Below, in pieces: positions 1 to 12,150 of a stretch of 64,000 nucleotides of DNA (within the stretch, counting starts at the first letter, position 1; each line of letters opens with the position of its first letter). A program made the translations under genes and the position numbers. Origin of the DNA: Malacoraja senta (lineage: Eukaryota); contig JAXLNO010000153.1 in the NCBI GenBank assembly GCA_038087875.1, positions 1-64,000 on the forward strand, written 5' to 3'. The notes under the pieces are model-generated. The model was given only the letters and a program-made list of their open reading frames with translations. It had not been told where the DNA came from and ran no database searches.

Positions 1-272
1 TTCTTAACTCTTTTTCTTTTTGTTTTTAATTTCGCTCTTATAGGGTCTTCGTCCTTTTTTGTTGTTACATTTTCTACACTTTTCTACACTTGCACTTTTT
101 CCTTCACTTTCTTCTCTCTTTCAATCTTTTCTTTCTCTAGTGTAAAAAAATAAATAAAGGGAGTACATTAATTGTAAGAAGATATAAATGACGAGTATTA
201 ATGTATGTGGTTGTAATGTAATGTACTTCTAATAAATAAAAATTAAAAAAAAAAAACAAAAACAAAAAAAAA
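1..272 (+). mobile_element. 3' UTR and poly(A) tail of an L1-clade LINE (continues off the left edge)
   Basis: T/C-rich 3' UTR, AATAAA and A-tail resembling the 3' end of the L1 at ~42950-43200. It abuts the interior of the THAP element at 273. Confidence 0.7.
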
Positions 273-761
273 AGAAATGATAAATCTGGCTGTAAATTTT
301 GCTTCAGAGGCGTTTTCCTTTTGTATGTAAAAACCCACTCTAGAACCATGGGCGATTAAAAAAAATTTACAGCCAGATTTATCACTTCTGAAACTTTTTA
401 GATGCCAAAGGAATCAAGAAGAAACACAAATGACGCCTTACTGTTGATGAAATGCACTGTACAAACTGCCAATGTTCGCCAAGCACTTTGGCTATTGTTG
501 TCCCTTCAGCTCTCACTTCTATCTACCGTCATTTCTCCTCACTTTTGGAATTCTGAAGTAGGCTAAATGTCTCTCACGCTTATCCCGATTTCCATAATTA
601 TTTATAGCGCAAAATTGACAATTTCGGCGGTTTTTAACGGGCCCGCTACGCTGGAAACAATGGTCAGTGCTTACCTGCAGTTCATCGTGTGTACTCCATT
701 TGGCGTAGCGTAGCAACAGTACGGGTCATGGGTCGTGACCCGACTGCCGTGCAACCTCCCT
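273..761 (-). mobile_element. Right part of a non-autonomous THAP-bearing DNA transposon (ISL2EU/Harbinger-like), copy 1
   Basis: Ends ...GCAACCTCCCT followed by AT. Homologous to ~1290-1798 and, inverted, to 20484-20944. Minus-strand translation FCAINNYGNRDKRERHLAYFRIPKV resembles a THAP N-terminus. Confidence 0.75.
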
Positions 762-2270
762 ATGCTTAACTCCTCTTGTTATAGCGGGGTTGCACATAAG
801 GTCATCGGGTCAAAGGCCGTGACGCACGGAGCAGCTCAATCCATGTGGAGGACAAGGCAGCTTCCGGCATACACTGTTAATACACAAAACGCCTACTTTC
901 TTACCCATTAAAAAACGCTGAAAAGGTCTTTTTTTTTGCGCTGTAAATAATTGTGGAAATCGGGTAAGCGTGAGAGACATTTATCCTACTTCAGAATTCC
1001 AAAAGTGAGTTGAAATGATGGTAGAGAGAAGCTAAATTGATCATTAAAAAATCTCCAGACGTACCAATGGTGTGTGGAAAAGTAAGTTTTCTAACATTAT
1101 GCTATTGAGATGTATATTTTGGCAAATAATAAAATGTCCTGACAGCTTAAACACCCACTCCCTTTCAAAAGGATATTGTCAATTTGCTGAGGTTGATTAT
1201 ATCCAATTAACAGCTAACAATTATGCCATTCCTTGGCTTGCATCTGAATAAAATGTAATTCAAAACACACGTAAGGTTTGCGATTTTTATAATGATAAAT
1301 TTTGCTTCAGAAGTGTATTCTTTTTGTATGTAAAAACCCACTTGAGAACCATGGGAGATTTTAAAATTTCACAGCCAGATTTATCACCAGAAATCTTTTA
1401 GATACCAAAGGAATCAAGAAAAAACACAAATAATGCCTTGATGTTGATGAAATGCAGTGAGCAAACGCGATAATTCCCAATATTTTCAATCTCGATATTT
1501 GCACGCCCAATGTTCGCCAAGCACTTTGGCTGTTGTCCCTTCAGCTCTCGCTTCTATCTACCGTCATTTCTCCTCACCTTTGGAATTCTGAAGTAGGATA
1601 AATGTCTCTCACGCTTACCCCGATTTTTATAATTATTTACAGCGCCAAAATTGACCATTTCGGCGGGTTTTAACGGGCCCGCTACACTGGAAACAATGGT
1701 AAGTGCTTACCTGCAGTTCATCGCGTGTATTACAGTTGCCGTTGCGTGGCAACAGTGCGGATCATGGGTCGTGACCTCGAGTGCCGTGTAACCTCCCTAT
1801 AATGGCCAACATGCCATTCGCTTTCTTCACTACTTGCCGTACCTGCATGCTTACTTTCATTGACTGATGAACAAGGACCCCCAGATCCCGTTGTACCTCC
1901 CCTTTTCCCAACTTGACACCATTTAGATAATAATCTGCCTTCCTGTTTTTGACACTAAAGTGGATAACCTCACATTTATCCGACATAAACTGCATCTGCC
2001 CACTCACCCAACCTGTCCAAGTCACCCCGCATTCTCATAGCATTCTCGCAGTTCACACTGCCAACCAGCTTTGTGTCATGTGCATATTTGCTAATGTTTC
2101 TTTGAATCCCTTCAGCTAAATCATGGATGTATATTGTAAACAACTGCGGTCCCAGCACCGAGCCTTGTGGTACCCCACTAGTCACTGCCTGCCATTCTGA
2201 AAGGAACCCGTTAATCTCTGCTCCATGTTTCATGTCTGCCACTCAATTTTCTATCCATGTCAATGTATAT
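762..2270 (-). mobile_element. CR1 LINE RT fragment, interrupted by the 783-1798 element
   Basis: ORFs 1976..2242 and 1762..2025: [43 protein letters not shown]. Confidence 0.9.
783..1798. mobile_element. Complete non-autonomous THAP-bearing DNA transposon (ISL2EU-like), copy 2, AT TSD
   Basis: Termini AGCGGGGTTGCAC / GTGTAACCTCCCT; subterminal inverted homology (~932-1033 vs ~1546-1648); AT on both sides (781-782, 1799-1800). Excision restores CR1 sequence ctcttgttATaatggccaac. Confidence 0.8.
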
Positions 2271-2363
2271 CGTAAATAGCTAGCATTAGGTCCATCAAGA
2301 AGGGTGAGATACATCAGGAGATGGTTGGAGCAGGTACCTCAGGAGCAGGGATGGATCCTCATT

Positions 2364-3060
2364 TTTCTGTCTCTCTCTCTCTCTCTCTGTCTCTCCCTCT
2401 GTCTCTCTCTTTCTCTGTCCCTCTCTCTGTCTCTCACTGTCCATCTCTCTGTCCCTCTCTCTGTCTCCCTCTCTGCCTCTCTCTGTGTCTCTCGGTCTCT
2501 CTGCCTCTCTCTGTCTCTCTATTTCTCTCTCTTTGTCTCTCTCGGTCTCTGTCTTTCTCTCTGTCTTTCTCTGTTTGGTCCCTCTCACTCTCCGTCTCTC
2601 TATCCGCCTCTCTCTCTGCGTCTCTCTTTCTCTCTGTCTCTCTCTGTGTCTGTCTGTCTTTCTCTCTCTCTGACTCTCTGTCTCTCTCTCTCTGTCTCTC
2701 TCACAGTCTTTCTCTCTCTGTCTCTATCTGTCTCTCTCTCTCTGTTTATCTTTCTCTCTTTGTCACTCTCTCTTTGTCTATCTCTCTGTCTGTCTCTCTC
2801 TCTGTATCTCTCTCTCTGTCCCTCTCTCTCTGTCTCTATCTGTCTCTCTCTGTCTCTGTCTGTCTCTCTCTCTCTGTCACTCTCTCTCTCTCTCTCTCTC
2901 CCCTTCTCTCTCTCTCTGTCTCTCTTTCTCTCTCTCTGTCTGTCTTTCTCTCCGTCCCTCTCTCTCTCTCTATCTGTCTCTCTCTGTCTCTCTCTCTGTC
3001 TCTCACTGTCTCTCTCTGTCTCTCTCTCTGTATCTCTCCGTCTCTCTCTCTCTCACTCTT
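2364..3060. repeat. Degenerate (CT)n/(CTGT)n microsatellite
   Basis: ~700 bp of CT/CTGT repeats, directly visible. Confidence 0.95.
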
Positions 3061-3079
3061 TCAGGTAGCTACAACATTA

Positions 3080-4335
3080 CTTTTTCCTTTTATTCATTTT
3101 TTTCAAAAGCAAAAACAAAATAACAAAAGAGTAATGATAAACATAACAGTGATATTGATACATAGGGGTCAGGGTTACATTAATGGCAGGTATAACCTAA
3201 ATATTAGTCCAGTGTCAAAATACACATTGAATATAGACCTCCCGGTCTCTATGTAAATATAGTTAAGTGTTTAAAAGATAACTTATTTGTGTAAAACCAA
3301 AAAGATAAAAAGAAAAAAAATGAGGGAAAAAAAGGGGTAAAAAACCCTAAACTAAAGAAGAAAAAAAAAAAAAAACAGAATCTGGGCTGCAAAGAGTTTC
3401 TACAATTTAAGTCCTTGTTTGTGGTCAAGTCCGTTACACCGTATACCAGTAAAAATAATTATTATAACAGTTGGAGATGGGACAGTTTGTGTCGAATGAA
3501 AATGTTGAATTAATCTTACCCAAGTCCTATCAAATTTAATCAAGGGTTCAACAATGTCACTCCTAATTTTTTCTAAATTTAAACATGATATCGTTTCAGA
3601 GTACCAATGGAGTGTGGTCGGAGGATTGGAACCTTTCCATTTAAATTAAATAGATCTTCTGGCAATTAATGTGGTAAAAGCAATCAGCCGATGGGCGGAA
3701 CGGGACAGATAGATGGAATCTAACATTGGTAGCCCAAAAATTGCAGTAATAGGGTGAGGTTGTAAATCAATACCTAAAACTACAGAGATAGTATCAACAA
3801 TTTACTTCCAATATTTTTCCAAAAGTGGGCAGGACCAAAACATATGAGTCAGTGAGGCCACTTCAGAATTACATCTGTCACAGGTAGGATTTATTTGACA
3901 ATAAAAATGAGCTAAATTATCTTTTAACATATGAGCTCTGTGAACAACATTGAATTGTATGTCTTGCACACATTGAGGAAGTATTAACTAATTGAAGAAT
4001 CCTCTCCCATTTCTCTATAGATAAAGAAATTTGAAGTTCTCTTTCCCAGTCGTTCTTAATTTTATCAAAAGTATCTTTTTTTAATTTCAAAATCATCTCA
4101 TAAATAGTCGTTATTAAACCCTTCAGATAAGGGTTCAAATATATATTTTTTCCAAGATATCGGTTTGATGTGGTAACGGAAAAAATGGTAGAGTAGCCCT
4201 AAAAAAATGTCTAATTTGTAAATATCTAAAAAAAATGTGAGTTAGGTAAATTACATTTATTGGAGAGTTGTTCAAAAGACATAAAAGAACCATCCGAAAA
4301 CAAATTACGAAAAGCTACTAATCCCTTCCTCTTCT
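3080..4335 (-). mobile_element. Decayed L1-clade LINE 3' fragment (ORF2 C-terminus and 3' UTR)
   Basis: ORF 3917..4138 (KIKNDWEREL..W..IL). Minus-strand CDRCNSEVASLTHMFWSCP cysteine-rich motif at ~3825-3885. Confidence 0.8.
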
Positions 4336-4411
4336 TTTTTTTTAAAGTAAACTAAAGTTTCCTTTATTGTCATTCTGACTTTTCAGTCTGAACGAAATTT
4401 CGTGCCTTGCA

Positions 4412-6010
4412 GTCGAAACCCTTCTTGAGTGATGCAGGGTGTAGCAATGTCACAAAATTTTGAGATTTTAAAAATAAAGTCTGCAATTTATCCCATCAGA
4501 TAAAGCATAAAAAGAAGTTTAATTTGACACTTAATTCACTTTCATATCTTCAGTATTAAAAAAGTTATGGCCATTATCATACTCAGAAATTAGCATCTAG
4601 TTCCCTATTGCTTTTCCATTGACTTAACACAAAAGCTGTGATCAGGACAGTTAAAAGCCCATAACATTCTTAAAAATTATGGTAACTGAAAGAAATGTTC
4701 AGGTATTATAGATTGAAGCATTCTGAAACAAATATGAAACAATCTTACTTCGAAGACATGAAAGTAAAGCATATAATTAGTTAGTTACCTAATTGTAGCT
4801 AATTACAAAATTCAATTACTAGATCTAAACATCTATTAATTTCTTAAGAATAGATTAACATTTTTAAATAGCCTAAGTGTCCAAATAACATTCACACAAT
4901 AATTCACAATATAACATAATTTTTAAATCTAATTTTCATGAATTTACAGGCCAAATGGAAGGAATTGAATGTTTAATACCTGTAAATTAATGGGGATTTA
5001 ATTCATTTTGCGAGTGAGAATTACTGGAACGCGATCTTTTGGAACGTTGATTTGCGGTGAATTTAACCCCGTATTGGCATGAAAAATACTGCCGTTAATT
5101 CGGGGAATAAAATCACCGTGTCGCATGACAAAATGTGAAGTAAAGGCTTCTTAAGATGCACTTTTATATATTTAAAGAAAGCACTTTCGTTTACCTGTCC
5201 ATTGTGTGAAATCCGTCCCCGTTATCGGCGTTGACGCTTCAGGAGCTGCTTTTAAAATGACTGTAGCGCTGACATTGACGATTTAATAAAAATAAAAAAT
5301 TCACAAAACGCCGGTAGGAACGATTTTGTCAGCCAAGGTTTGTACTCCAACAAAATATTTCCAGGACAAGGGAGAAACCCGCGTTTTAACCCCGCCCCCC
5401 CCCTTAAAGGCGCCAAAATCGCGCACACGGCCAGTGGCAGAATTACAGCGCGACTGAAGGTAAGTTTTGTAACATACCTACAGGGTGGGGAGGGCGGGAA
5501 GAAGAAAGGAAGAGGAGGAGCCAGAGGGCTGAGGGAGAGCTGAGAAGGGGAGGAGACAGCAAGGGCTACCGGAAATTGGAGAGGTCAATGTTTATGCCGC
5601 TAGGGTGCAAACAGCCCAAGCGGATATGAGGTGCTGCTCCTCCAGTTTCCGGTGGTGCTCACTCTGGCAATGGAGGAGGCCCAGGACAGAAAGGTCGGAT
5701 TCGGAATGGGAGGGGGAGTTGAAGTGCTGAGCCACAGGGAGATCAGGTTGGTTAATGCGGACCGAGCGGAGGTGTTCGGCGAAACGATCGCCAAGCCTAC
5801 GCTTGGTCTCACCGATGTGGATCAACTGACATCGAGAGCAGCGGATGCAATAGATGAGGTTGGAGGAGGTGCAGGTGAACCTCTGTCGCACCTGGAACGA
5901 CTGCTTAGGTCCTTGAATGGAGTCAAGTGGGGAGGTAAAGCGACAAGTGTAGCATCTCTTGCGGTTGCAAGGGAACGTGCCCGGGGAGGGGGTGGTACAG
6001 GTGGGAAGGG
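4412..6010 (-). mobile_element. Penelope-like element 3' fragment (GIY-YIG endonuclease), split by the 4442-5480 MITE
   Basis: ORF 5592..6047: PGTFPCNRKRCYTC, SNLIYCIRCSRCQLIHIGETKRRL..RF.EH, PVAQHFN. Same family as 33051-35924. Confidence 0.9.
4442..5480. mobile_element. Non-autonomous TIR DNA transposon (TAG...CTA) with 7-bp TSD CAGGGTG
   Basis: Imperfect TIRs TAGCAATGTCACAAAA / TTTTGTAACATACCTA; CAGGGTG at 4435-4441 and 5481-5487; splits a Penelope 3' region. Confidence 0.75.
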
Positions 6011-6011
6011 A

Positions 6012-6392
6012 ATCAGAAATGTTGATAATTTCACATATTGGACACATTCAGACACAATTTTTCCCTTGAAAGCTGCTGTATGTTACATCATCCACTCCAC
6101 CACATGCAGCATGTATCCATCTTTGACATCCATCACATTCTATACCCTTGTGCTGGCTAGTTACCATCTCATTGCACACCCCACATGGTTCAGGTTTACA
6201 GTTTGTGCATTGCCATGAAAGATTCTGCTTTGTAATGTTCATATATTCCTTGATAGTCATGTCAGTACATTTGACATGATACATTGCATCACAATCCATG
6301 CATTGAAGTTTTCTTCAGTGTTTTGTTACCAGCTTATTACAGCTCCCACAGTTTGAAGGCCCAGGGTTTAGACTAACAACCCCAGATAACAG
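6012..6392 (-). pseudogene. Decayed 2A-like peptide plus two tandem PHD fingers (N-terminus of an APE-type LINE ORF)
   Basis: One frame with two stops: LLSGVVSLNPGP-SNCGSC...CMDCDAMYHVKC...WQCTNC-KPEPCGVC...CDGCQRWIHAAC...V*MCPIC, i.e. two C4HC3 patterns. Confidence 0.75.
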
Positions 6393-6790
6393 CAGGGCTG
6401 CCAACTCTCACGCTTTCAGCGTGAGAATCACGCCTTGGAGCAAATTCTCACGCCCTCACGCTCATGACCGAGTTCTCACGCTGAGTTCAGTCCCTGCACA
6501 GTTTGTCCCTTTGTGCCGCGTGCCAGGGATCTGCACGGTCTGGCGAAGCGTGTCGGTTGCCGGCTGTGAGTGACGTCGCGTCTCTTCTCTCTTGGTTGGA
6601 TGTGCAGCCGCCGGGTGTCAGCAGCTCTATGTGCCGTCTGTGAGCGCTGCGCTGCCGGCCGCCACTGCAGCCTCGCTCCCTCCCTCCCTCCCTCCCTCCC
6701 TCCTGCCCTCCCTCCCTCCTGCCCTTCAACTCACACGGCAGCGCCAGCACCGCCAATCCACGCTGCACTGTGCCCTCCAGACTCCCCATT
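6393..6790 (+). mobile_element. hAT-like MITE left end (CAGGGCTGCCAAC, CTCACG subterminal repeats)
   Basis: The same terminus recurs at 7468 and 11560. CAGGG termini are typical of hAT elements. No right TIR seen. Confidence 0.55.
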
Positions 6791-6816
6791 GGGCGGTCGG
6801 GGAGAGAGATGGAGGG

Positions 6817-6847
<31 letters not shown>

Positions 6848-7002
6848 GGAAAGAAAAAAAGGGAGGGATGGAGGCAAAGCGAGACCAGGGGAGGGAATGT
6901 AGAAAGGGGATGAAGGAAGGAAAGGAGAAAGAGGGAGGGGAAGGAAAGGGAAGGATTGGGGCAGGAGGGAGGATGGGGTGGTTGGAGGGAGGGGGATGGA
7001 AA

Positions 7003-7445
7003 GGTGTGTGCTTGTGTGTCTTTCTCCCTGTGTGTGTCTCCTCGTGTGTGTATGTGTGCCTCCCTGTGTGTGTCTCCTTGTGTGTCTCCCTGTGTGTGTG
7101 TCTCCCTGTGTGTGTGTCTCCTTGTGTGTGTGTGTCTCCCTGTGTGTGTGTATCTCCCTGTGTGTGTGTGTCTCCCTGTGTGTGTGTGTGTGTCTCCCTG
7201 TGTGTGTGTCTCCCTGTGTGTGTGCGTGTCTGTGTGTCTCCCTGTGTGTGTCTCCCTGTGTGTATGTGTGTCTGTGTGTGTGTGTGTGTCTCCCCGTGTG
7301 TGTGTCTGTGTGTCTCCCCGTGTGTGTGTTTGTCTGTCTCCCTGTGTGTGTGTGTCTGTCTCCCTGTGTGTGTGTGTCTGTCTCCCTGTGTGTGCATGTG
7401 TGTGTGTGTGTGTCTTCCTTTGTGTATGTGTCTCCCTGTGTGTCT
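7003..7445. repeat. (TG)n-CTCCC compound microsatellite
   Basis: Repeated tgtgtgtgtctccc units. Confidence 0.95.
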
Positions 7446-7467
7446 GTTGTCACATCCTGGCCTTAGA

Positions 7468-7667
7468 CAGGGCTGCCAACTCTCACGCTTTGAGCGTGAG
7501 AGTCACGCATTTCAGCCAATGCTCACGCTGATGACAGAATGCTCACGTTGTCTTCAGTCCCTGCACAGCTTGTCTCTTTTGCACCACATCACAGCGATCT
7601 GTGCAGTCTGGGGAAGCGCGTCAGTTGGCGGCTGTGAGTGACGTCGCTTCTCTTCTTTCTTGGTTTG
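7468..7667 (+). mobile_element. Second copy of the hAT-like MITE left end
   Basis: Direct homology to ~6393-6600. Confidence 0.6.
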
Positions 7668-10600
7668 GTAGTAATAGGGAACTCTATGGTTAGGGGGTCG
7701 GATAGGCGATTCTGTGGACGCAGTCAGGAGACCCGGATGGTAGTTTGACTCCCTTGTGCCAGGGTCAGGGATGTGTCTGAACGCGTCCAAGATATCCTGA
7801 AATCGGAGGGAGAGGAACCTGAGGTTGTGGTACATATAGGTACCAATGACATAGGCAGAAAAAGAGAAGAGGTCCTGAAAGGAGAATTTAGGGAGTTGGG
7901 AGAAGAGTTAAGGAGTAGGTCCGCAAAGGTAACAATCTCAGGATTACTACCTGTGCCACGCGACAGTGAGAGTAGGAATGAAATGAGGTGGAGGATAAAT
8001 GCGTGGCTGAGGAACTGGTACAGCGGGCAGGGATTCAAATTTCTGGATCATTGGGACCTCTTTTGGGGAAGGTGTGACCTGTACAGAAAGGACGGGTTGC
8101 ACTTGAACCCGAGGGGAACCAATATCTTGGCGGGGAGATTTGCAAAGGCTACTGGGGAGACTTTAAACTAGAACGGTTGGGGGGTGGGACTCAAATAGAT
8201 ACAGATAGTAGAAACTGTGGGATGCAGGAGGCAGATAAGGGAAGCACTCGGACCCAAAATGTAGGGAAGAAGCAAAAGTTAATAAACAGAGAATAAGTGG
8301 TGGTGGGTTTCTTAAATGTGTATATTTTAATGCTTGGAGCATTATAAGAAAGGTGGATGAGCTTAGAGTCTGGATTGACACCTGGAAGTATGATGTTGTG
8401 GCGATCAGTGAAACATGGTTGAAGGAGGGCTGTGATTGGAAACTAAATATTCCAGGATTTCGTTGCTTCAGGGGTGATAGAATTGGGGGGGGGGGGGCAA
8501 GAGGTGGGGGTGTTGCATTGCTTGTCAAGGAAGATATTACAGCAGTGCTTTGGCAGGATAGATTAGAGGGCTCGTCTAGGGAGGCTATTTGGGTGGAGCT
8601 GAGAAATGGGAAAGGTGTAGCAACACTTATAGGGGTGTATTATAGACCGCCAAATGGGGAGCGAGAATTGGAAGAGCAAATATGTAAGGAGATAGCAGAT
8701 ATTAGTAGTAAGCACACGGTAGTGATTGTGGGAGATTTCAATTTTCCACACATAGACTGGGAAACACATTCTGTAAAAGGGCTGGATGGTTTGGAGGTTG
8801 TAAAATGGGTGCAGGATAGTTTTTTGCAGCAATACATAGAGGTACCTACTAGAGAAGGGGCAGTGCTGGACCTCCTGTTAGGAAATGAGACAGGGCAGGT
8901 GGCGGAGGTAAGCGTCGGGGAGCACTTCGGGTCCAGTGATCACAATACCATTAGTTTCAATATAATTACGGAGAGGGTCAGAACTGGACCTAGGGTTGAG
9001 ATTTTTGATTGGGGAAAGGCTAACTTTGAGGAGATGTGAAAGGATTTAAAAGGAGTGAATTGGGACATGTTGTTTTATGGGAAGGATGTAGAAGAGAAAT
9101 GGAGGACATTTAAAGGTGAAATTTTAAGAGTACAGAATCTTTATGTCCCTGTTCGGTTGAAAGGAAATAGTAAAAATTGGAAAGAGCCATGGTTTTCAAG
9201 GGAAATTGGACTCGGTTCAGAAAAAGAGAGAGATCTATAATAATTGTAGGCAGCATGGAGTAAATGAGGTGCTTGAGGAGTATAAAGAATGTAAAAAGAA
9301 TCTTAAGAAATAAATTAGAAAAGCTAAAAGAAGATATGAGGTTGCTTTGGCAAGTAAGGTGAAAGTAAATCCAAAGGGTTTCTACAGCTATATTAATAGC
9401 AAAAGGATAACAAGGAATAAAATTGGTCCATTAGAGAGTCAGAGTGGACAGCTATCTGCAGAGCCAAAAGAGATGGGGGAGATTTTGAACAATTTCTTTT
9501 CTTCGGTATTCACCAAGGAGAAGGATATGGAATTAGGTGAGGTAAGGGAAACAAGCAGAATAGCAATGGAAACTATGAGATTCAAAGAAGAGGAGGTGCG
9601 GACACTTTTGAAAAATATGAAAACGGATAAGTCTCCAGGTCCTGACAGGATATTCCCGAGGACATTGAGGGAAGTTAGTGTAGAAATAGCAGGGGCTATG
9701 ACAGAAATATTTCAAATGTCATTAGAAACTGAAGGGACTCAAATAGAGAAATTTTCCACACCATCATCCAGATCATTGATGTACATGACAAACAACAGTG
9801 GCTGAATGGGAGATGCCAGAGGGTAATGGTGGATGGCTGTTTGTCAGGTTGGAGGCCGGTGACTAGTGGGGTGCCTCAGGGGTCTGTGTTGGGTCCACTG
9901 TTGTTTGTCATGTACATGAATGATCTGGATGATGGTGTGGAAAATTGGATTAGTAAGTATGCAGATGATACTAAGATTGGTGGTGTGGTGGATAATGAAG
10001 TAGATTTTCAAAGTCTACAGAGAGATTTAGGCCATTTGGAAGAGTGGGCTGAAAGATGGCAGATGGATTTTAATGCTGATAAATGTGAGGTACTACATCT
10101 CGGCAGGACAAATCAAAATAGGACGTACATGGTAAACGGTAGAGAATTGAGGAACGCAGTTGAACAGAGGGATCTAGGAATAACTGCATAGTTCCCTGAA
10201 GGTAGAATCTCATGTAGATAGGGTGGTAAAGAAAGCTTTTAGGGTGCTGGCCTTTATAAATCAGAGCATTGAATATAGAAGTTGGGATGTAATGTTAAAA
10301 TTGTACAAGGCATTGGTGAGGCCAATTCTGGAGTATGGAGTACAATTTTGGTCACCTAATTATAGGAAGGATGTCAACAAAATAGAGAGAGTACAGAGGA
10401 GATTTACTAGAATGTTGCCTGGGTTTCAGCAACTAAGTTACAGAGAAAGGTTGAACAAGTTAGGTCTTTATTCTTTGGAGCGCAGAAGGTTAAGAGGGGA
10501 CTTGATAGAGGTCTTTAAAATTATGAGCGGGTTAGACAGAGTTGACGTGGATAAGCTTTTTCCATTGAGAGTAGGGAAGATTCAAACAAGGGGACATGAC

Positions 10601-10922
10601 TTGAGAATTAAGGGACAGAAGTTTAGGGGTAACATTAGGGGGAGCTTCTTTACTCAGAGAGTGGTAGCTGTGTGGAATGAGCTTCCAGTGGAAGTGGTGG
10701 AGGCTGGTTCGATTTTATCCTTTAAAAATAGATTGGATGGGTATATGGACGGGAACGGAATGGATGGTTATGGTCTGAGTGCAGGTAGATGGGACTAGGG
10801 GGAAGTATTTATTTAAAAAAAAAATAATAATAATAATAATAATAAATTTTTAAAAATGTTCGGCACGGACTTGAAGGGTCGAGATGGCCTGTTTCCATGC
10901 TGTAATGGTTATATGGTTATGG
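7668..10922 (+). mobile_element. CR1 LINE, 5'-truncated: ORF1 SGNH esterase, APE endonuclease, RT with internal deletion, 3' tail
   Basis: 7773..8171 VVVHIGTND..SGLLP..DGLHLN; 8353..9039 ISETW, GGGVALL, YYRPP, GDFN, GSSDH; 9826..10191 [14 protein letters not shown]; 10223..10798 C-terminus; ATATGGTT-type tail near 10905-10922. Confidence 0.95.
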
Positions 10923-11024
10923 ATATGCATCCACCGACAGCATGAAGCAGCCGGAGATAGAACTAACCAGGTGAATTGGTTGTAAAACATGGGGGGGGAC
11001 CACAATGAGGCCAAACATCTAGGA

Positions 11025-11110
11025 CAGGGTTCGGCAACCTATGGCACATGGGCCGAATCTGTCCCGTAACCCGAAAAACCGCGGGGGGTTTTCAATTCAT
11101 TTTCATGGGG
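11025..11110 (+). mobile_element. hAT-Charlie-like left-end fragment
   Basis: CAGGGTTCGGCAACCTATGGCAC..GGCCGAATC terminus pattern. Confidence 0.4.
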
Positions 11111-11677
11111 TCGGGGCAGGCAAGCCGACCTGAGAACTGCAGCCAGTCCCTGGGACGCGAGCTGATCTGGGAACGGCAGCCAGTCCATGGGCACGCAGAA
11201 TGGGAACTTGATCATTATGGAGAAATTGGGCCAGCCATGTACATGTTGTATAACTCTGACTATATGCAGATCTGAATGGGCTTAGAATGACCATTTAAGC
11301 AAAATTGCCCTCACTTTCCCCATTTTGATTCTTGAGATTGATATCCCTTTGCTCTGTTAACAGCGTTATAGTACTTATGAGGTAGAGTCAGGAAAGGGAA
11401 CATGTTATTTTCTTTTAGTTTGCTTTAATTTGTTAGTTGATTTTTTGTTGACTGCCATAATTTCTGAAATGGTCTTAATGTAACTTAACTGTTATAAAGC
11501 AGTAATAAGTGAATTTTGTCCAAACAATTGGAACTTGCATAAAATGTTTGCATTATTAACAGGGCTGCCAACTCGCACGCATTGAGCGCGAGACTCACGC
11601 ATTTCACAAAACTCTCATGCTCACGCTGATCACAAAATTATATAATGAGAATAGGACCTGTTTTGCTTAACAAATAG

Positions 11678-11812
11678 TGTAGGAAGGAATTGCAGATACT
11701 GGTTTAAACTGAAGATAGACACAAAAAACTAGAAAAACTCAGCAGGACAGGCAGCATCTCTGGTGAGAAAGAATGGGTGATGTTTCGAGTCGAGACCTTC
11801 AGCCTGAAGAGG
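11678..11812 (-). mobile_element. Penelope-derived terminal-repeat mini-element with degenerate hammerhead region
   Basis: Homologous to ~33055-33180. Confidence 0.65.
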
Positions 11813-11943
11813 TTGAAAACCAGCCATAAAACACAATGACTGGACATGTGTCTTATCCAACTAAGGGCAGAAATCAGAATCATGTGTTCATCTTTATTCG
11901 CGTGACACCATAATAAATATATTACAGAAAAAATAATTTAATG

Positions 11944-12150
11944 GGGTGGCATGGTGGCGCAGTGGTAGAGTTGCTGCCTTACTACCACATGGGTTTTCTC
12001 TGGATATTCCGGTTTCTCCCATATCCGAAAGAAGTGCAGGTTTGTAGGTTAATTGGCTTCTGTAAATTGTCCCTGGCGTGATGGATGGAATTGGTGTGTG
12101 ATAGATTGCTGGTCGATGTGGACTTTGTGGGCGGAAGGGCCTGTTACCAT
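11944..12150 (+). mobile_element. V-SINE (HE1/HER1-like), internally deleted
   Basis: tRNA A-box head GGTGGCGCAGTGGTAGAG, V-domain GGTTTCTCCC, CR1-like tail GAAGGGCCTGTT. Confidence 0.75.

Noticed and set aside
2295..3256. Long Ser/Leu-rich ORFs
   Set aside because: Translations of a (CT)n microsatellite that lacks stop codons.
5592..6299. PHD-GIY-YIG fusion nuclease
   Set aside because: The in-frame join at ~6010 is the 5' truncation point of a Penelope copy, and the PHD part has two stops.
6592..7641. Cys/Val-rich and His/Thr-rich ORFs
   Set aside because: (TG)n microsatellite artefacts.
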